Source of the DNA: Octopus vulgaris
Taxonomy: Eukaryota
Reading direction: 5' to 3'
Length of the DNA: 64,000 nucleotides
Assembly: GCA_951406725.2 (NCBI GenBank)
Contig: OX597816.1
Coordinates: 91,388,001 to 91,452,000, forward strand
Shown here: positions 1 through 12,074 of the stretch, piece by piece
Position numbering within the stretch: the first letter of the stretch is position 1
How the letters are laid out: each line of letters opens with the position of its first letter
Program-made: the position numbers and the translations under genes
The notes under the pieces: generated by a model
Told to the model about the DNA's origin: nothing
Database searches by the model: none
What the model saw: only the letters and a program-made list of their open reading frames with translations

Positions 1-330
1 CACCTTTTTCATCTTTTTGTTACCATACAGCACACATATGAACCTCTCCAGTGCTTTCATCACCCCCTCGTCAACTTCATCTGTTTTAACGACTTTCAGT
101 CCCTTCACTTTCCCCTCCCCTTTGAAAGCATTGGTACTATCGCACCCGGTGAAGGCATGATAACCCAGTCAGCTTGGTCACATTGATACAGCATTGTGTG
201 TTGCCCTTTTCAGTTTTAAATGGAATTTGAAGTCCTTCCAGGAATCTAGCATGGTGAAGTAAGATGAAAAATATACCTGAATTGGGACTCTTCACACAAA
301 TCTTATCTTGGTGAGAAGTTGCATATTTGT
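1..330 (-). mobile_element. Degenerate DNA transposon fragment, XPG/H3TH-like nuclease region (Academ-type)
   Basis: Minus-strand translation gives ICVKSPNSGIFFILLHH ... GYHAFTGCDSTNAFKGEGKVKGLKVV, matching the 'HAFTGCD..S.F.GKGK' motif. Frameshifted and truncated by the window edge. Confidence 0.55.
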
Positions 331-571
331 ATATATGTTGTAACTCCTTTACTTAAACTAACCATTAATTGTGGTTATCAATGGCTATGCAGTTATCTGC
401 TATTTAAGTTGACAGAAGAAGGTAGGATGTTTAAACGTATATCCAAAGAGTTAGGGACTACAACTTGTTAGTTGAGCACCTAACCAATTCACATAATGCT
501 CCAATAAAATGAAATGTGTGTCAATGTTTGCTGTATCTGATCCTTTGGTTATGAATTTTTTTTTTCAACAG

Positions 572-638
572 GTTGCCTTTCTATGTTGATCACTCATCAC
601 CAGACACAACTGAATGTCTTATAAGTGAAGATAAAGCC
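572..638 (+). CDS. WDR97-like gene, internal exon (LPFYVDHSSPDTTECLISEDKA)
   Basis: Poly-T/caacag acceptor and GTAAGC donor. 67 nt, open frame, ends phase 0, compatible with the next exon. Confidence 0.7.
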
Positions 639-858
639 GTAAGCAATATGATTTTTGAAATCATTTTGAGTTCTGTTACAAAATGAGTCAATGTAATGAT
701 TATCAAAGTAAAATATCTCCAAATTTTTTTCTCTTATGTTTCACAAAATTAAATTTAATTATTGGCTTAACTTGATATTTAGTTATGATATTTTACAATT
801 AATATGACTAATGTTTCAACTTTAATTTCAAAGTTTTGGTATTTTTATTGACATGTAA

Positions 859-1075
859 CCCTTTAGCATTCACATTATTCTGTCAAATATAATGCTTATT
901 TATTCAGTTGTTTTGTTTTAATCCAGCATTATCTCATAACTGAAATTTTGATGATGTGAATGTTTATTTTTAGATTGACTTTGTAGAGTAGGCGTGAGAG
1001 GCTAGATCTAGCCAGTTTGAACATAAAACAGGCATAATGTTTTGGCTGGATATGACTGGTTTAAATACTAAAGGG
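859..1075. mobile_element. piggyBac-type MITE
   Basis: TIRs CCCTTTAGCATT / AATACTAAAGGG with flanks gtaa/ttaa. An inverted copy lies at 34528-34737. Confidence 0.7.
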
Positions 1076-2258
1076 TTAAATATGTTTTTGGTGTGTAAAC
1101 CATGTAGTACTGCTTCAGTATGTGGTCTTGCTTCATGGTGTGGTATTGTCTTACTTCATGAAGCTGCATTATCATGTGTTACTATTTGACAATGTAATAC
1201 TGTTTCACAGTGTTTGACAATGTGGTACTATTTCCTTTACAATATAGCTTTGCTATATGGTACTTCCTCATAAACAATGCAGTTACTACTGCCATTGTGT
1301 TTTTTTTTTTACTTCTCATACAGCCCTCATCAAGCAAACCTATGATAAAAGCTGTTCAAGCCTTATCAGTTCATCTTTTTATTTTATGTATATCAGGGAT
1401 TATACAATTCTTTATTTATAATGGTGAGTTGTGGTTTGTGAGAGATTTGGCTATTTTTTTCTACTAATATGAAGTCTTTCTTCCTCATGAGTGATGAGTG
1501 AAATTTCTGTTTGATTTAAATGTTTAGAATCAGAATAATTATAATCAGATATGCATCAATAATTTTTAATACTTTAGGCACATCAAATGTTTAAGGAACG
1601 TAACAATGATCTTGAGACACTTCAGAGTGGGTCCACTCAGCAAAAGAAGAAAAATTTAAAAAATGTGAAGCGGACAGCATTTTTTAATTATATGAGAGTT
1701 ATAAACAAAGTTATTGCAGAACAGGTTAGTTCACTTTAACTTTCATGCATTAACTATCAAAGAGAGAATGTCAACAATTAAGGTAGTTGATTAGCAACGT
1801 TGCTAGAAGTTTGGCTATAATGTTTGTAATTATCATTACAGCTGTGTTCAAAATCCACCGAGGTCAATTTTGCCTTTCATTCTTTTGGCAGTGATGTAGA
1901 AGATGGAGGTCAAATAAAGTACTAGTGAAGCACTGGAGTCAATTATCCTCTGTCTGTCTGTCTGTCTCTCTCTCTCTCACTTTCTTGAACAAATCATCTA
2001 TGACCTGAGCTGCAGAGGGACAGTTTTCATCAGACGTGGTTGTATTATTGAGAAGCTTGTTTTCCAACCATGTGGTCTTGGGTTCTGTTCCATTGCATGG
2101 CATCTTGGACAAAAGTTTTTTACTGTAGACTTGGGCCAACTAAAACCATGTGAGTGGATTTAGTGGATTTGTCATGTATGTATGTGTGTAAAATTTTTTT
2201 CAGAATGAGATAAAAAAAAACCAAGGCTGTGAAGTTTTAGAACAGTTATAAAAAGAAG

Positions 2259-2306
2259 GTCTTACAGCTGTTTCCAGGCTATTTATTATATCCCTTCATT
2301 GGAGAC
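2259..2306 (-). ncRNA. Degenerate minimal type I hammerhead ribozyme in a Penelope-like fragment
   Basis: Minus strand reads gtct-CCAATGA-agggatat-aataa-atagcctg-GAAAC-AGCT-GTA-agac. The core CUGAUGA is mutated to CCAAUGA. Confidence 0.55.
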
Positions 2307-2996
2307 AGTGTGAGAAAATGCTTAAGCAATAGTTAATTTAGATAAGATACCAGATAGAGAGTGAAGTGGAGGAATGAAAATAGATGCAAGATACGTTTGC
2401 TTTGGCATGGTTTCTGCAGTTGTATGCTCTTCCTAACATCAACCAAACACTTTACAGAATGTATTGGGTGCTTTTTATTTGGCGCCAGCACTAGTGAAGT
2501 TACCAAGTAACTTGTAAGACAAGCCCCTCAACTGAGAAGTGTGAAGTAGTATTGTGAGAAGTGGCTTTATGCCTATACTAGTCATTATTCTCTCCCTCTT
2601 CGTTTACCTTTTGACAAAGCATGTGATCCTTTCATTAGTAATGAAGTTAAGTTACACAGAATTGTTACTCTAAGATTAAACTAAAATAGTATTTACCAAG
2701 GAAAGAGAATATTAAAATGAAGAAATGAAATTATAAAAACAAATGCATAAAAATAAATAGATTAAAGTTGTATTTTTAACAGTAAAGATAAAAGTTCAGT
2801 TATTGATTTGTGATTAATATAATCTTTGAAATCTAGCAGATCTGATATCAAATTTGCATATCATTGCATTATATTGGCAGTTTATATTGCAGTTCACTCT
2901 ATCAATACCAATAATATTTACATTGTGTTTCAATTATAAAATATTTGTATTATTTTTCATTTATGTCTTAATTTATATAATGTCTCAATGTTGTAG

Positions 2997-3069
2997 TCTA
3001 CCCCCGAGGACACACTAGCAAGTATTATTGATGGCAATGAAGTCAGTCACAGGTTTAAAAGTATTTCAG
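2997..3069 (+). CDS. WDR97-like gene, internal exon (STPEDTLASIIDGNEVSHRFKSIS)
   Basis: ttgtag acceptor and GTAAAT donor. 73 nt, phase 0 to 1, fits both flanking exons. Confidence 0.65.
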
Positions 3070-3164
3070 GTAAATTGATGTTCCATCCACAATTACGGTT
3101 TTTCAATCAGCTTCAGTTTTCCTCATTTCCTACTCTAGAATGAACATTGGGCCTCACTGAGGTG

Positions 3165-3702
3165 ATGACAAGTGACTGAGACCTTTGGAGATATGCTGTG
3201 CTTGAGAAGACCCAGCAAGCCAAGTGAGACCATAACCATAGCCTATGCCAGTGCAGCATAACCGGCCCATTTAAGAGTACCCTTCAATCATTGGGCAATA
3301 AACTGCGCTTGCGAAGACTTGTTGAGTCAAGTGAAGTCATTGTCATGGCCAATGACAGCACCACCTGATTGGTACCCATGCCAGTGGCACGTAAAAATCA
3401 CCATTCATGTGTGATCGATGCCAGTGCTGCCTGACTGGGTCCCATGCTGGTGGCATGTAAAAAGCACCATTTAAGCGTGGTCGGTGTCAGTGCTACCTGA
3501 CTGGCCCTCATGCCAGTGGGATGTAAAAAGCACCCACTACACTCTTGAAGTGGTTGGTGAAGGGCATCTAGCTGTAGAAACCTTGCTAGATCAGATTGGA
3601 ACCTAGTGCAGCCTTCTGGCTTGCCAGCCCTCTGTCAAACCATCCAACCCATGCCAGCATGGAAAGCAGATGTTAAACGATGACGATGATGGTGATGATG
3701 AT
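3165..3702 (+). mobile_element. Non-autonomous retroposon with RTE-type 3' tail and internal ~60-bp tandem repeats
   Basis: Repeated gccagtggcacgtaaaaagcacc units, ending catgccagcatggaaagcagatgttaaac(gat)n. Homologous to 42645-43143, 44600-44895 and the RTE 3' end at 5770-6040. Confidence 0.75.
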
Positions 3703-3837
3703 TAAAATTTCTGAGATCCAGAAGTTACAGCATATGTATATATGGAATCTTACACTTTTCAGATAGCATGTGATACTCTCATAGACATGTTAAATTTAAT
3801 GATATTCTATTTAGCATTTTAATATGTTATTAATAAT

Positions 3838-4310
3838 TGCTTGCATATTTATTCTTAACACATCTAGGCAGGTTCATATGCACAATATAATGGTTGCTTA
3901 TGTGTGCATCATTGGAAAAAAACTTCTCCCTTTTTATGACAACTGTGTGTTCAACACATGGCATTCTGGGACACTGGTCTTTCAACTTGTGTCTCATCAG
4001 CCCAAAGCAGTTGGAACTATGAGCCTAAATGAAGCTTGTGGCTTTGTTTATACTTTCAGCAAACAAATTGTTTCCTGATCAATACTTATATCTGCCAACC
4101 AATGTAAGATCATTGTTTGTATCATGTGCAGTGAGATCTGTACATTGGAGGTGAAACACTGGTGCCCTAGTATGATGTGCCAATGAGTTTAATGTGTTGA
4201 AAACACTGTTGTTGTAAAAGGGAGAAGTTATTCTCTTATGATGTACACTACAGCAACTCAGTATCTTTTGTGTCTAAACCTGCCTAGACATATTAAGAAT
4301 AAATAAGCAA
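3838..4310 (-). mobile_element. Fold-back non-coding element carrying a hammerhead motif (copy 1)
   Basis: Imperfect inverted arms of about 120 bp (about 3840-3960 vs 4190-4310). Hammerhead core at 3964-4006 on the - strand. Homologous to 29189-29522. Confidence 0.7.
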
Positions 4311-4487
4311 ATTATCTTTCCAGATCTCACTGTACACAGTGCAAATAATAATTTTCTAACATGTTAATTATTTGAAATCAAAGAAAACTTATGCTGCGGA
4401 TTTTATATTTATTCCATTTTTATTCTTTATGCTTGTCATAAAGACAGTCCACTTTCTCAACTGTTGTTTAATATTACAGAGTTGACT

Positions 4488-4661
4488 TGATGGTGAGTTG
4501 GCAGAATCATTAGTATACTGGGTAAAATGCTTAGCGGCATTTCATTCTGAGGTCAAATTCTGCCAAGGTTGACTTTGCTTTTCGTCCTCTTGAGGTTAAT
4601 AAAATAAGTAGCATTTGAGTACTGGGGGTCGATGTAATAGACTTGGCCAAAATTTGAAGCC
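4488..4661 (+). mobile_element. tRNA-derived SINE, family A, with 18-bp TSD
   Basis: A-box TGGCAGAATC and B-box-like GGTCAAATT. Exact TSD AATATTACAGAGTTGACT at 4470-4487 and 4662-4679. Confidence 0.85.
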
Positions 4662-5769
4662 AATATTACAGAGTTGACTCAAGAACTTTGATTAATGCTA
4701 TTCAACTTTATTTAGTGAAAGAAGCATAAATATAAATAAACTAAATATATATAGTTATTTTGTGTATATTGAACTTTTAGAATGGCTAGCAATTAGAAAC
4801 ATGAATTCTTGCTACAAGAGTTCAGAATCTAAAAACAATAAAAATGGAATATAATTCTGATAAGATCACTTGATTGAAATTATTGGCCAATAGAGGTGAT
4901 GCAGATGTGAGTGGATCTAGTCTGTAATGTCAGTTTATGCAATATGGCTATGTTTCAGTTTTATCAAATCTCATCAATGGAGCATTTTCTATTTAGTTGA
5001 CAAGACTGAGAATGATCTATATAGAGAGAGTGAATGTAGTGATATTAATTATGAATATCAACAACAGAGATGAAGGGAAAATACCTTGAGAAAAAGTAAT
5101 ACATGCTATCTACTAATGTGGTAAGATTTCATTTATACATTTCAGAGATTTGAAAAACTTTGAACATTTAAGATTATCTTAGGCAAATAGTATGCAAAAA
5201 CTTCCTCTTGGGATGTTGAAAGTCTAGAAACAATTAGCAAGGTAGATAATTCTAATAAAACCTGATTAATAGTTTTGGACATAATAAACAATAGAGATTT
5301 CAATGTATAAGTTAAGTAGTGAAATCAACAAATTTATTATTGCCTTGGACATCCTCAACAAAGCAAAGTCTAGACCAGCGTCATGACATTCCTTGTATTT
5401 CTATGCATGCATACTTCATATATACTGTGCAACAATGCTAATAAATGACAAATAAATCCTAATAAATTACAACCACTTAGAAAAACAGTATCCCCTTTGT
5501 ATAGAATCTTATGACTAACTCTTAATTCATCATATAACTTTAAACAATAACATAAATGAAATTTTGTGAAAACCAGTATGGGAAATGATTCCGGTAAAAT
5601 CTGTGATAATGAGCAGAAAGTTTTGTAAGAGAATGCAAAAAGCACTTTACATAACTGAGGAATTTCCTTTACCAGCTGCCAATCAGAGGTTCTCATAATT
5701 TGACACTTTATGGCTGGATCACTACTTCTGATGGTGTCAAGCAACATTAGGAAATATATGGGAACATAT

Positions 5770-7363
5770 CATCATCATTGCTTAATGTCCATTTTCCATG
5801 CTGGCATGGGTTGGATGGTTTGGCATGAAACTGGCCAGCTGAGAGCTTTCCAGACTCTAATCATCTGTGATGGCATGGTTTCTGTGGCTGGATGCCATTC
5901 TTAATGCCAACTACTTAAAGTATGCTAGATGCTTTTTACATGCCACTGACATGTGTGTTTACAAAGCACCCATACAGGTGTATTTACACAGCATTGTACA
6001 AAGGTGCTTTTTATGTGGCACCACCACCTGAAAGGACAAGCCTGTATGTATGGAAGACAGTGATTTTACTTAGCTTGATATGTCTTTTCAAGTACAATAA
6101 ATTATTACATTTCCTAGTCCCTTGTCATTTCCTCAGTGAGGCTCAGCATCCAAAGACTTTTTCTTACCAGTTTGTCCACATCTTCCTGGGTCTACCCCTT
6201 CCACAGGTTCCCTCCACAATTAGAGCTCAGCACTTCTTTATGCAGCTGTCCTCATCCATATGCATCACATGACTAAACCAGTGCAGTCTTCTCTCTTGCA
6301 CACAACATGTGATGCTTTTTCTACCCAGCTTTCTTCTTAAATCATTTACGCTGTCATGCATGCACATTGACATCACCCATCCAGCAGAGCATGCTAGCTT
6401 CGTTTCTTTCAGGCCTTCACAACTCCTCTGTAGTCAAAGCCCATGTTTCACTGCCATATAACACAGTTGTACACACACAGGAATCATACAATCTGCTTTT
6501 CACTCTGAGGGAGAGGCCCTTTGTTATCAACAAAGGTAGAGGCTCTCTGAACTTTGCTCAGCACATTCTTATTCTAACAACTACACTTTCAGAACTTCTT
6601 CCTGCTAACTTGCTCTCTTAGGTACCAAAAGCTACCTACTACTTCTAATGATCCCACTGAGCATTTGAAAGAGTGTATTGTCTGTGCATGTTTATTACTT
6701 ATTGTACCTGCACATTTGTCACACACAAAGACAATATTTCTCTGTTAAGTTTCCTGTCATACTGCTACACCTCTTATGAAGTCCAAAGCTTGCACTAGAT
6801 ACAATGTACAGAGTTTCTACTAACACCCTTCTTACATATCGAGCAGGGCCAGCTCCCTGAAGGGACTTGTTAGTTGTCTGTTTTCCTACTTACTAGGACT
6901 TTGGTTTTTGCTAAATTAATTCTAAAGCCCTTAGATTCTAGGCCTTGTTTCCACACCTGAAATTTCTTCTCTAGATTAGGTAGTGATTCAGTTACAAGAA
7001 CAAGATCATCAGTGTAGAAGAGCTCTCAAGGACAGCCTATCTTGAATTTCTCTGTTAAGGCCTGGATGACTACAATGAACAAGAAAGGACTGAAAACTGA
7101 GACTTGGTGGACTCCTACCTGTACACTGAATTCATTACTATATTCATTTCCAATCTTCATCTTACTGGCAGCATCCCCGAACATGGCTTGTACATTTCTC
7201 ACTAACCATTCACCTATCTCTAGCTTCTGCATTGATACCAGATAAGGGAACAGGTGATCTTGTCAAAGGCTTTCTTCATGTCAACAAAATCCAAGTACAG
7301 AAATTTTTTTTTTTTTTTTGGCTAATTTTTTCTCTTGCAGTTGCCGAACCAGAAATATAGCCA
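5770..7363 (-). mobile_element. RTE-clade LINE, 3' portion (degenerate RT, 3'UTR, (GAT)n tail)
   Basis: ORF fragments contain VGVHQVSVFSPFLFIVV and ELFYTDDLVLV. Many stops and frameshifts. Confidence 0.85.
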
Positions 7364-7657
7364 GATTTTTACCCATTTTGTTTTCTCAACTACTCCTGTG
7401 AAAAGGATGAACAGTGATCAAACTGGAGCTTATTTTTGGAAGATTGGCTTCAAAGCAGAAATGATCATCAATAAACATAGAAAATGAGAAAAAACAGAAA
7501 AGAAAAAAAGATAGAAAGAAGGAAGAAAAAAAGAGAATTCCTTAACAATAACATACAGCAAATCATTTGACTATATGAGTAATATTTTGAATGTCTCGAG
7601 AATACATCCCCTCTTTTACTATGATGCCTTAAATTTTATTATTATTTAATGTCCTTA

Positions 7658-7872
7658 AGGCGGCAAACTGGCAGAATCATTAGCATGCCGGATAAAATGT
7701 TTAGCAGCATTCCATCCATCTTTATGTTCTGAGTTCAAATCCTGCCAAGGTTGACTTTGCTTTTCATCCTCTTGGGGGTTGGTAAATGAATATCAGTGGA
7801 GCAATAAGGTCGATGTAATCAACTTACCCACACTCCCCAAAGTTGCTGGCTTTGTGTCAAAATTTGAAACCA
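7658..7872 (+). mobile_element. tRNA-derived SINE, family A
   Basis: ggcggcaaactggcagaatc...gagttcaaat...aaatttgaaacc, same consensus as 4488-4661. Confidence 0.8.
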
Positions 7873-8086
7873 ATATTTAGTGTCTTGGTTAAACTTTTAA
7901 TTTATACACACAGACATGCACACTCACAATCACACACACATGCACGCACACACACATACACATGTATTTACTCTCAGTTGGCTTGAAATTGTTAATCTAA
8001 TAAACAAACTACAGAATTGTTTTAGTAATTAACCAAACCTTGTATGATTAGTCCCCTTAAATTTTGTTCATGTTCCACATCTTCAG

Positions 8087-8217
8087 AATTTCAAAGATGC
8101 ATGGAAAGTCCTGAAAATCCCAATGTGAAGAAGCAACCTGACAGATATGGAAGAATTCAAAAGCCTAGACGTAGGGAATTTCTGTCAGAGAAGAAGCCAC
8201 ATGAACCCCTTAAAAAG
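8087..8217 (+). CDS. WDR97-like gene, internal exon (EFQRCMESPENPNVKKQPDRYGRIQKPRRREFLSEKKPHEPLKK)
   Basis: cttcag acceptor and GTACAC donor. 131 nt, phase 1 to 0. Confidence 0.75.
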
Positions 8218-8282
8218 GTACACATTTTAACCCTTTCCTGTTTGATATTTGAAACAGAAATTAATATTAATTGCTTGGTTTG

Positions 8283-8460
8283 GGTGGTGAGCTAGTAGAA
8301 TTGTTAGTATGTCAAGTAAAATGCTTAGTGGCATTTTGTCTGTCTTTATGTTCTGAGTTCAAATTCCATCAAGGTCAACTTTGCTTGAACACTGGGGTCG
8401 ATGTAATAGACCTACCCACTTCCCTGAACTTGCTGAACTTGTGCCAAAATTTGAAATCAA
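8283..8460 (+). mobile_element. tRNA-derived SINE, family A
   Basis: Same consensus as other family A copies. Flanked by aatattaattgcttg / aatatttattgcttg. Confidence 0.8.
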
Positions 8461-8879
8461 TATTTATTGCTTGTTTGAATTATGAAACTTTTGTCATAAC
8501 GTTCAGCCCGTATCAGCTCTAATTTACTTTTCCTTTTAATATAATTTTTGCTCATTTTTTTTATCCCTAATTGATTGTTAATAAAAATTTTAATGGATAG
8601 GAAAATCGAAAAGCATCCTACCTGTTAATAGGTTCCGCTGATTATTATAACTCAAGTATGTTCACATTAACATTGTTCTCGGTTAGTTCTGATCAAAGTA
8701 CTCCTATGACATGCAACTTTCATTACACAGAATGCAGTTATGTCATGTCTTCATTACAGAGAATAACATTGCGCGTTCTGGTATACATTAATGAATTGTA
8801 AGAGATGCAGTATGTATTCTGTTCACTGTCCAGTCTATCTCTATAGGCCAGTAGATTCTGATCATGTCAAAATGCTACC

Positions 8880-9586
8880 ATTAACTTTATTGCTGCTTCA
8901 TTTCCAGATTGTAACTGTAGCACCAGCTTTCATCACCAGTGATGACCTTCTGTAAAATGTTCAGATCAACTTCCAACTGTTCTTTCAGTTCACAACATGC
9001 ATTCAGTTGTGACTACTTTCGATCATCTGTGAGCAATTAAGGCACAAATTTTGCTACTACACTTTTCATTCACAATTCCTTGCTCAAAATTTGTTGGCAG
9101 GAACTCCAGGATACACCAGTCGTATCAACAAGTTCATCAATTGTTCAGTGACAGTCCTCTAAGATCAGTTCAGGAGTTTTCATGATGTTTTCATTTGTTC
9201 AGGAGGTAGATTGTCTCCCTGATTGAGGTTGGTCTTCAAGCAACAAGTGACCATTCCTAAAGCATGAAAACCACTCAGAAACTTGTGTTTTGCTCATGGC
9301 AGTGTCCTTGTAAGCTGTTTGAAGCATGACAACTGTTTCAGCCACCATTTTCCCCAGTAGAAAACAGAATTTCATGGAAGTATGCTGTTTCTGCATTTCA
9401 GCCATTGCAAAAATTGCCGAACAGGGAAAAAGCAATGAAAAACAAAGATGCACCATATGACAGTACAACTTCACTTGATGAAGCTGGTTGATAGCCCAAT
9501 GTTTGAGGGCAGCATCAAGTGGCTTCTTGCGGCAGAAGCCTGAACTACAACAGGCTTTTCTGGTTACTTTTGGGTGCCCCCTCATT
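8880..9586 (-). mobile_element. mariner transposon, 5' part (HTH region of transposase)
   Basis: ORF 9199-9585 contains MKFCFLLGKMVAETVVMLQTAYKDTAMSKTQVSEWFSCFRNG..LEDQPQSGRQSTS. TIR-like end near 9586. Confidence 0.85.
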
Positions 9587-9743
9587 CATAAATGTATGTG
9601 TGTGTATACACACACACACACACACATACATAAGCATATATTAAATGGCACACATTTCAACTTAGAATTTGAAACAGAAACTTATGTAATCGCTTGATTC
9701 TGTTATTATTGTTTTGATTACGTTTCTATTCTAGGCTGATAAA

Positions 9744-11349
9744 CACTGTACAACAAATTTCAGGGTCAAGAAAAAAAACATAGTTCTCATGTACATTTTA
9801 TTATGAAGTTGATTTTGCTAAATTTGAAATTTGTAACAAAAATTTCCCATCACATCACATTTTCATCTAAACTGCTGACTTAATAACTATGCAATTTATA
9901 CCAATTTCCACAATGCTATAAATTTATTTTGCTCCCAAAGTCAGATCAAATATGTCCATTGTAATTAATTCATAAATATATAATGAATTGGCATGTTTGT
10001 TAGTATTATATCATGTATTAACCTACATTTTAGTATTTACTTCATTTATGAGACATCTTAAGTGTTTAACGCTTCAGCTTCCAGCAGAAGTCAACCAGTG
10101 CAGCTGGGCTCCAGTTTCCTTTATACCTGTTTTCCATTGATGCTATATCTCGATGGGACCTCTCTCCATGCTCATCACTCACAACTCCTGCATTCTCTGA
10201 GAAGGACAGATGAGAATGAAGAAAGTGTATCTTCAGTGACATATTGCGTCCAATATCTTGGTAGCACTTGATTAGGCTCTCCACTATACTCACTCACTGG
10301 GTCACTTGGTGCTTTCCCAGAAGTCCTTTGCAATCATCTTTAAATGCATGCCAGGCCACTAGCTCAGTTTCATCCATTGTCATCTTGAAGACCTCATCAA
10401 CCATAAGTTGACGAATCTGAGGGCCTACGAATATGCCCTCTTTAATCTTGGCATCACTTATTTTAGGGAAGATCACCTTGAGGTACTGGAAACATGGCTT
10501 GTTATGTTGCAGTGCTTTGGTAAATTGCTTTATTAGGCTCAGTTTTATATGTAGTGGTGGCAAAATGATATTCTCCTCCTTAACTAGTGGCTCATAATCT
10601 ACATTATGGCATCCAGGTGTCATAGTTTCTCCGAGGTGGCCATTCTTAGCATACATAATGTTCTGATCTAGCCCACTTGCAAAGGAAGCACATGATGTCT
10701 TCAGTTTGTAGCCCATTAAGCAGGGATACTACTTTTAAGTATGCACAAATAAGCCACTCATGCTCCATTTAATTTATGTGGTTTAGAATAAAAGTGAGGT
10801 TCTCATATATTCTCTTAAAATGACTGAGTGAGCAATTGGAACTGAAGTGTGCAACAGAACTGCTTTTATGCTATAAAGGGATGCATCTATGAATAATCTC
10901 CACCCATTTGGTTCATAAGTCAGCTTAGGGAAATTGAATAGGTCTCTGATATCATTACAATAAGTCAAGTTGTTTTCCAAAGTGAAGAATTGCTATAGAT
11001 CTGCAGAATGCTTCCTAAATACTGTTATTTGAGCATTTTTATCCAACAGGTTCCATTATTGTAGACATAAGGCCAGGACTTCACTCTGTTGCTTGGTAAG
11101 TGTTAGATCACGAAATAGATCATTGAGTTCCTGTTGGGTGATGAGGTGTGGTTTCTTGTCAGATTTACCATGGATTTGGACCCATATAACTATAAAAATA
11201 TTGAGTGTATTTTGTAATATTCATAGGTTAGGTTTACAAATACCTTAGAAACACCCCATTAAAATTATATGAAAATCCGTTCATAACTTTTAGAGTTCTC
11301 AGTTTTGGCCCAATCCTGTTTGCATTCAATTCCTACAGAACCATCAGTG
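9744..11349 (-). mobile_element. Chapaev3-type (CMC superfamily) DNA transposon, internally deleted and degenerate
   Basis: CACTG...CAGTG termini. Transposase motifs PHLITQQELNDL, LPPLHIKL, KIKEGIFVGPQIRQL, MSLKIHFLHSH, SDEHGERSH, DFCWKL. Family assignment is from recalled motifs. Confidence 0.75.
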
Positions 11350-12074
11350 TATTTGACATAAGTAAGGTGGTAATTTATGAGACACCGGAGGGTCACAAAA
11401 AGAAATGGATGTTATATTCATGGTCTACACATAAAATACCCCTAGAAAAGGTTATTCTCATTTCTGTTTTTTATTTTTTTCATTGTTATCAAGTCAATCT
11501 TTCTGTAAGTATCAGCTATGACTTTTCCTTTTAATATAATCTTTGCTCGTGTTTTCTCAGTTTAGCTTTAATAAAAATATCAGTTAATATGAATTACAGT
11601 TTGGATATATCCTAGCATAATCAGATCAACTCAAAATAAAAGATTCTTGCATTTTGTTTGTCACTTCTGCCTCTTCAAATTCCACCTGTAATAACTTTTA
11701 TTGTTTATGAACTACAATGTTTTTATGATCTTGAGCCATAACATCTGTACACAAACATTATCACTGCCTTTAATCTGGCTATTAGCTCCAGTGCACAAAG
11801 TAGATGTCATAATTATTTGGTTATTGTTATACCATATTTCAGACCAATTTTTTTTTAGATCAAATCCTGTCATATTGTTTCTTCATGGCTTTTTCACATA
11901 TAGTGCAAGGGGAGTTTTTCTAGCTACATAATTTACAGAATAATGGCCTCTGAAAAATATATTTCCTCTCGTAAACAACATGAACTTTCTCTCATATTTT
12001 CTCAGACCTATTCATCTCACTCAAGACTTCACAGAATAGCACCCTTATCTAATTCATTTGTTATTTAGATAGAT

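Noticed and set aside
4781-5241. Exon-like segments (acceptors at 4780, 4996, 5145; donors at ~4907, 5121, 5242)
   Set aside because: Phase-compatible frames contain stops, and exon 2997-3069 joins 8087 in phase without them. They may be decayed exons, but I cannot support that.
5370-5747. 125-aa minus-strand ORF
   Set aside because: No recognisable motif or splice context. Probably chance or a TE remnant.
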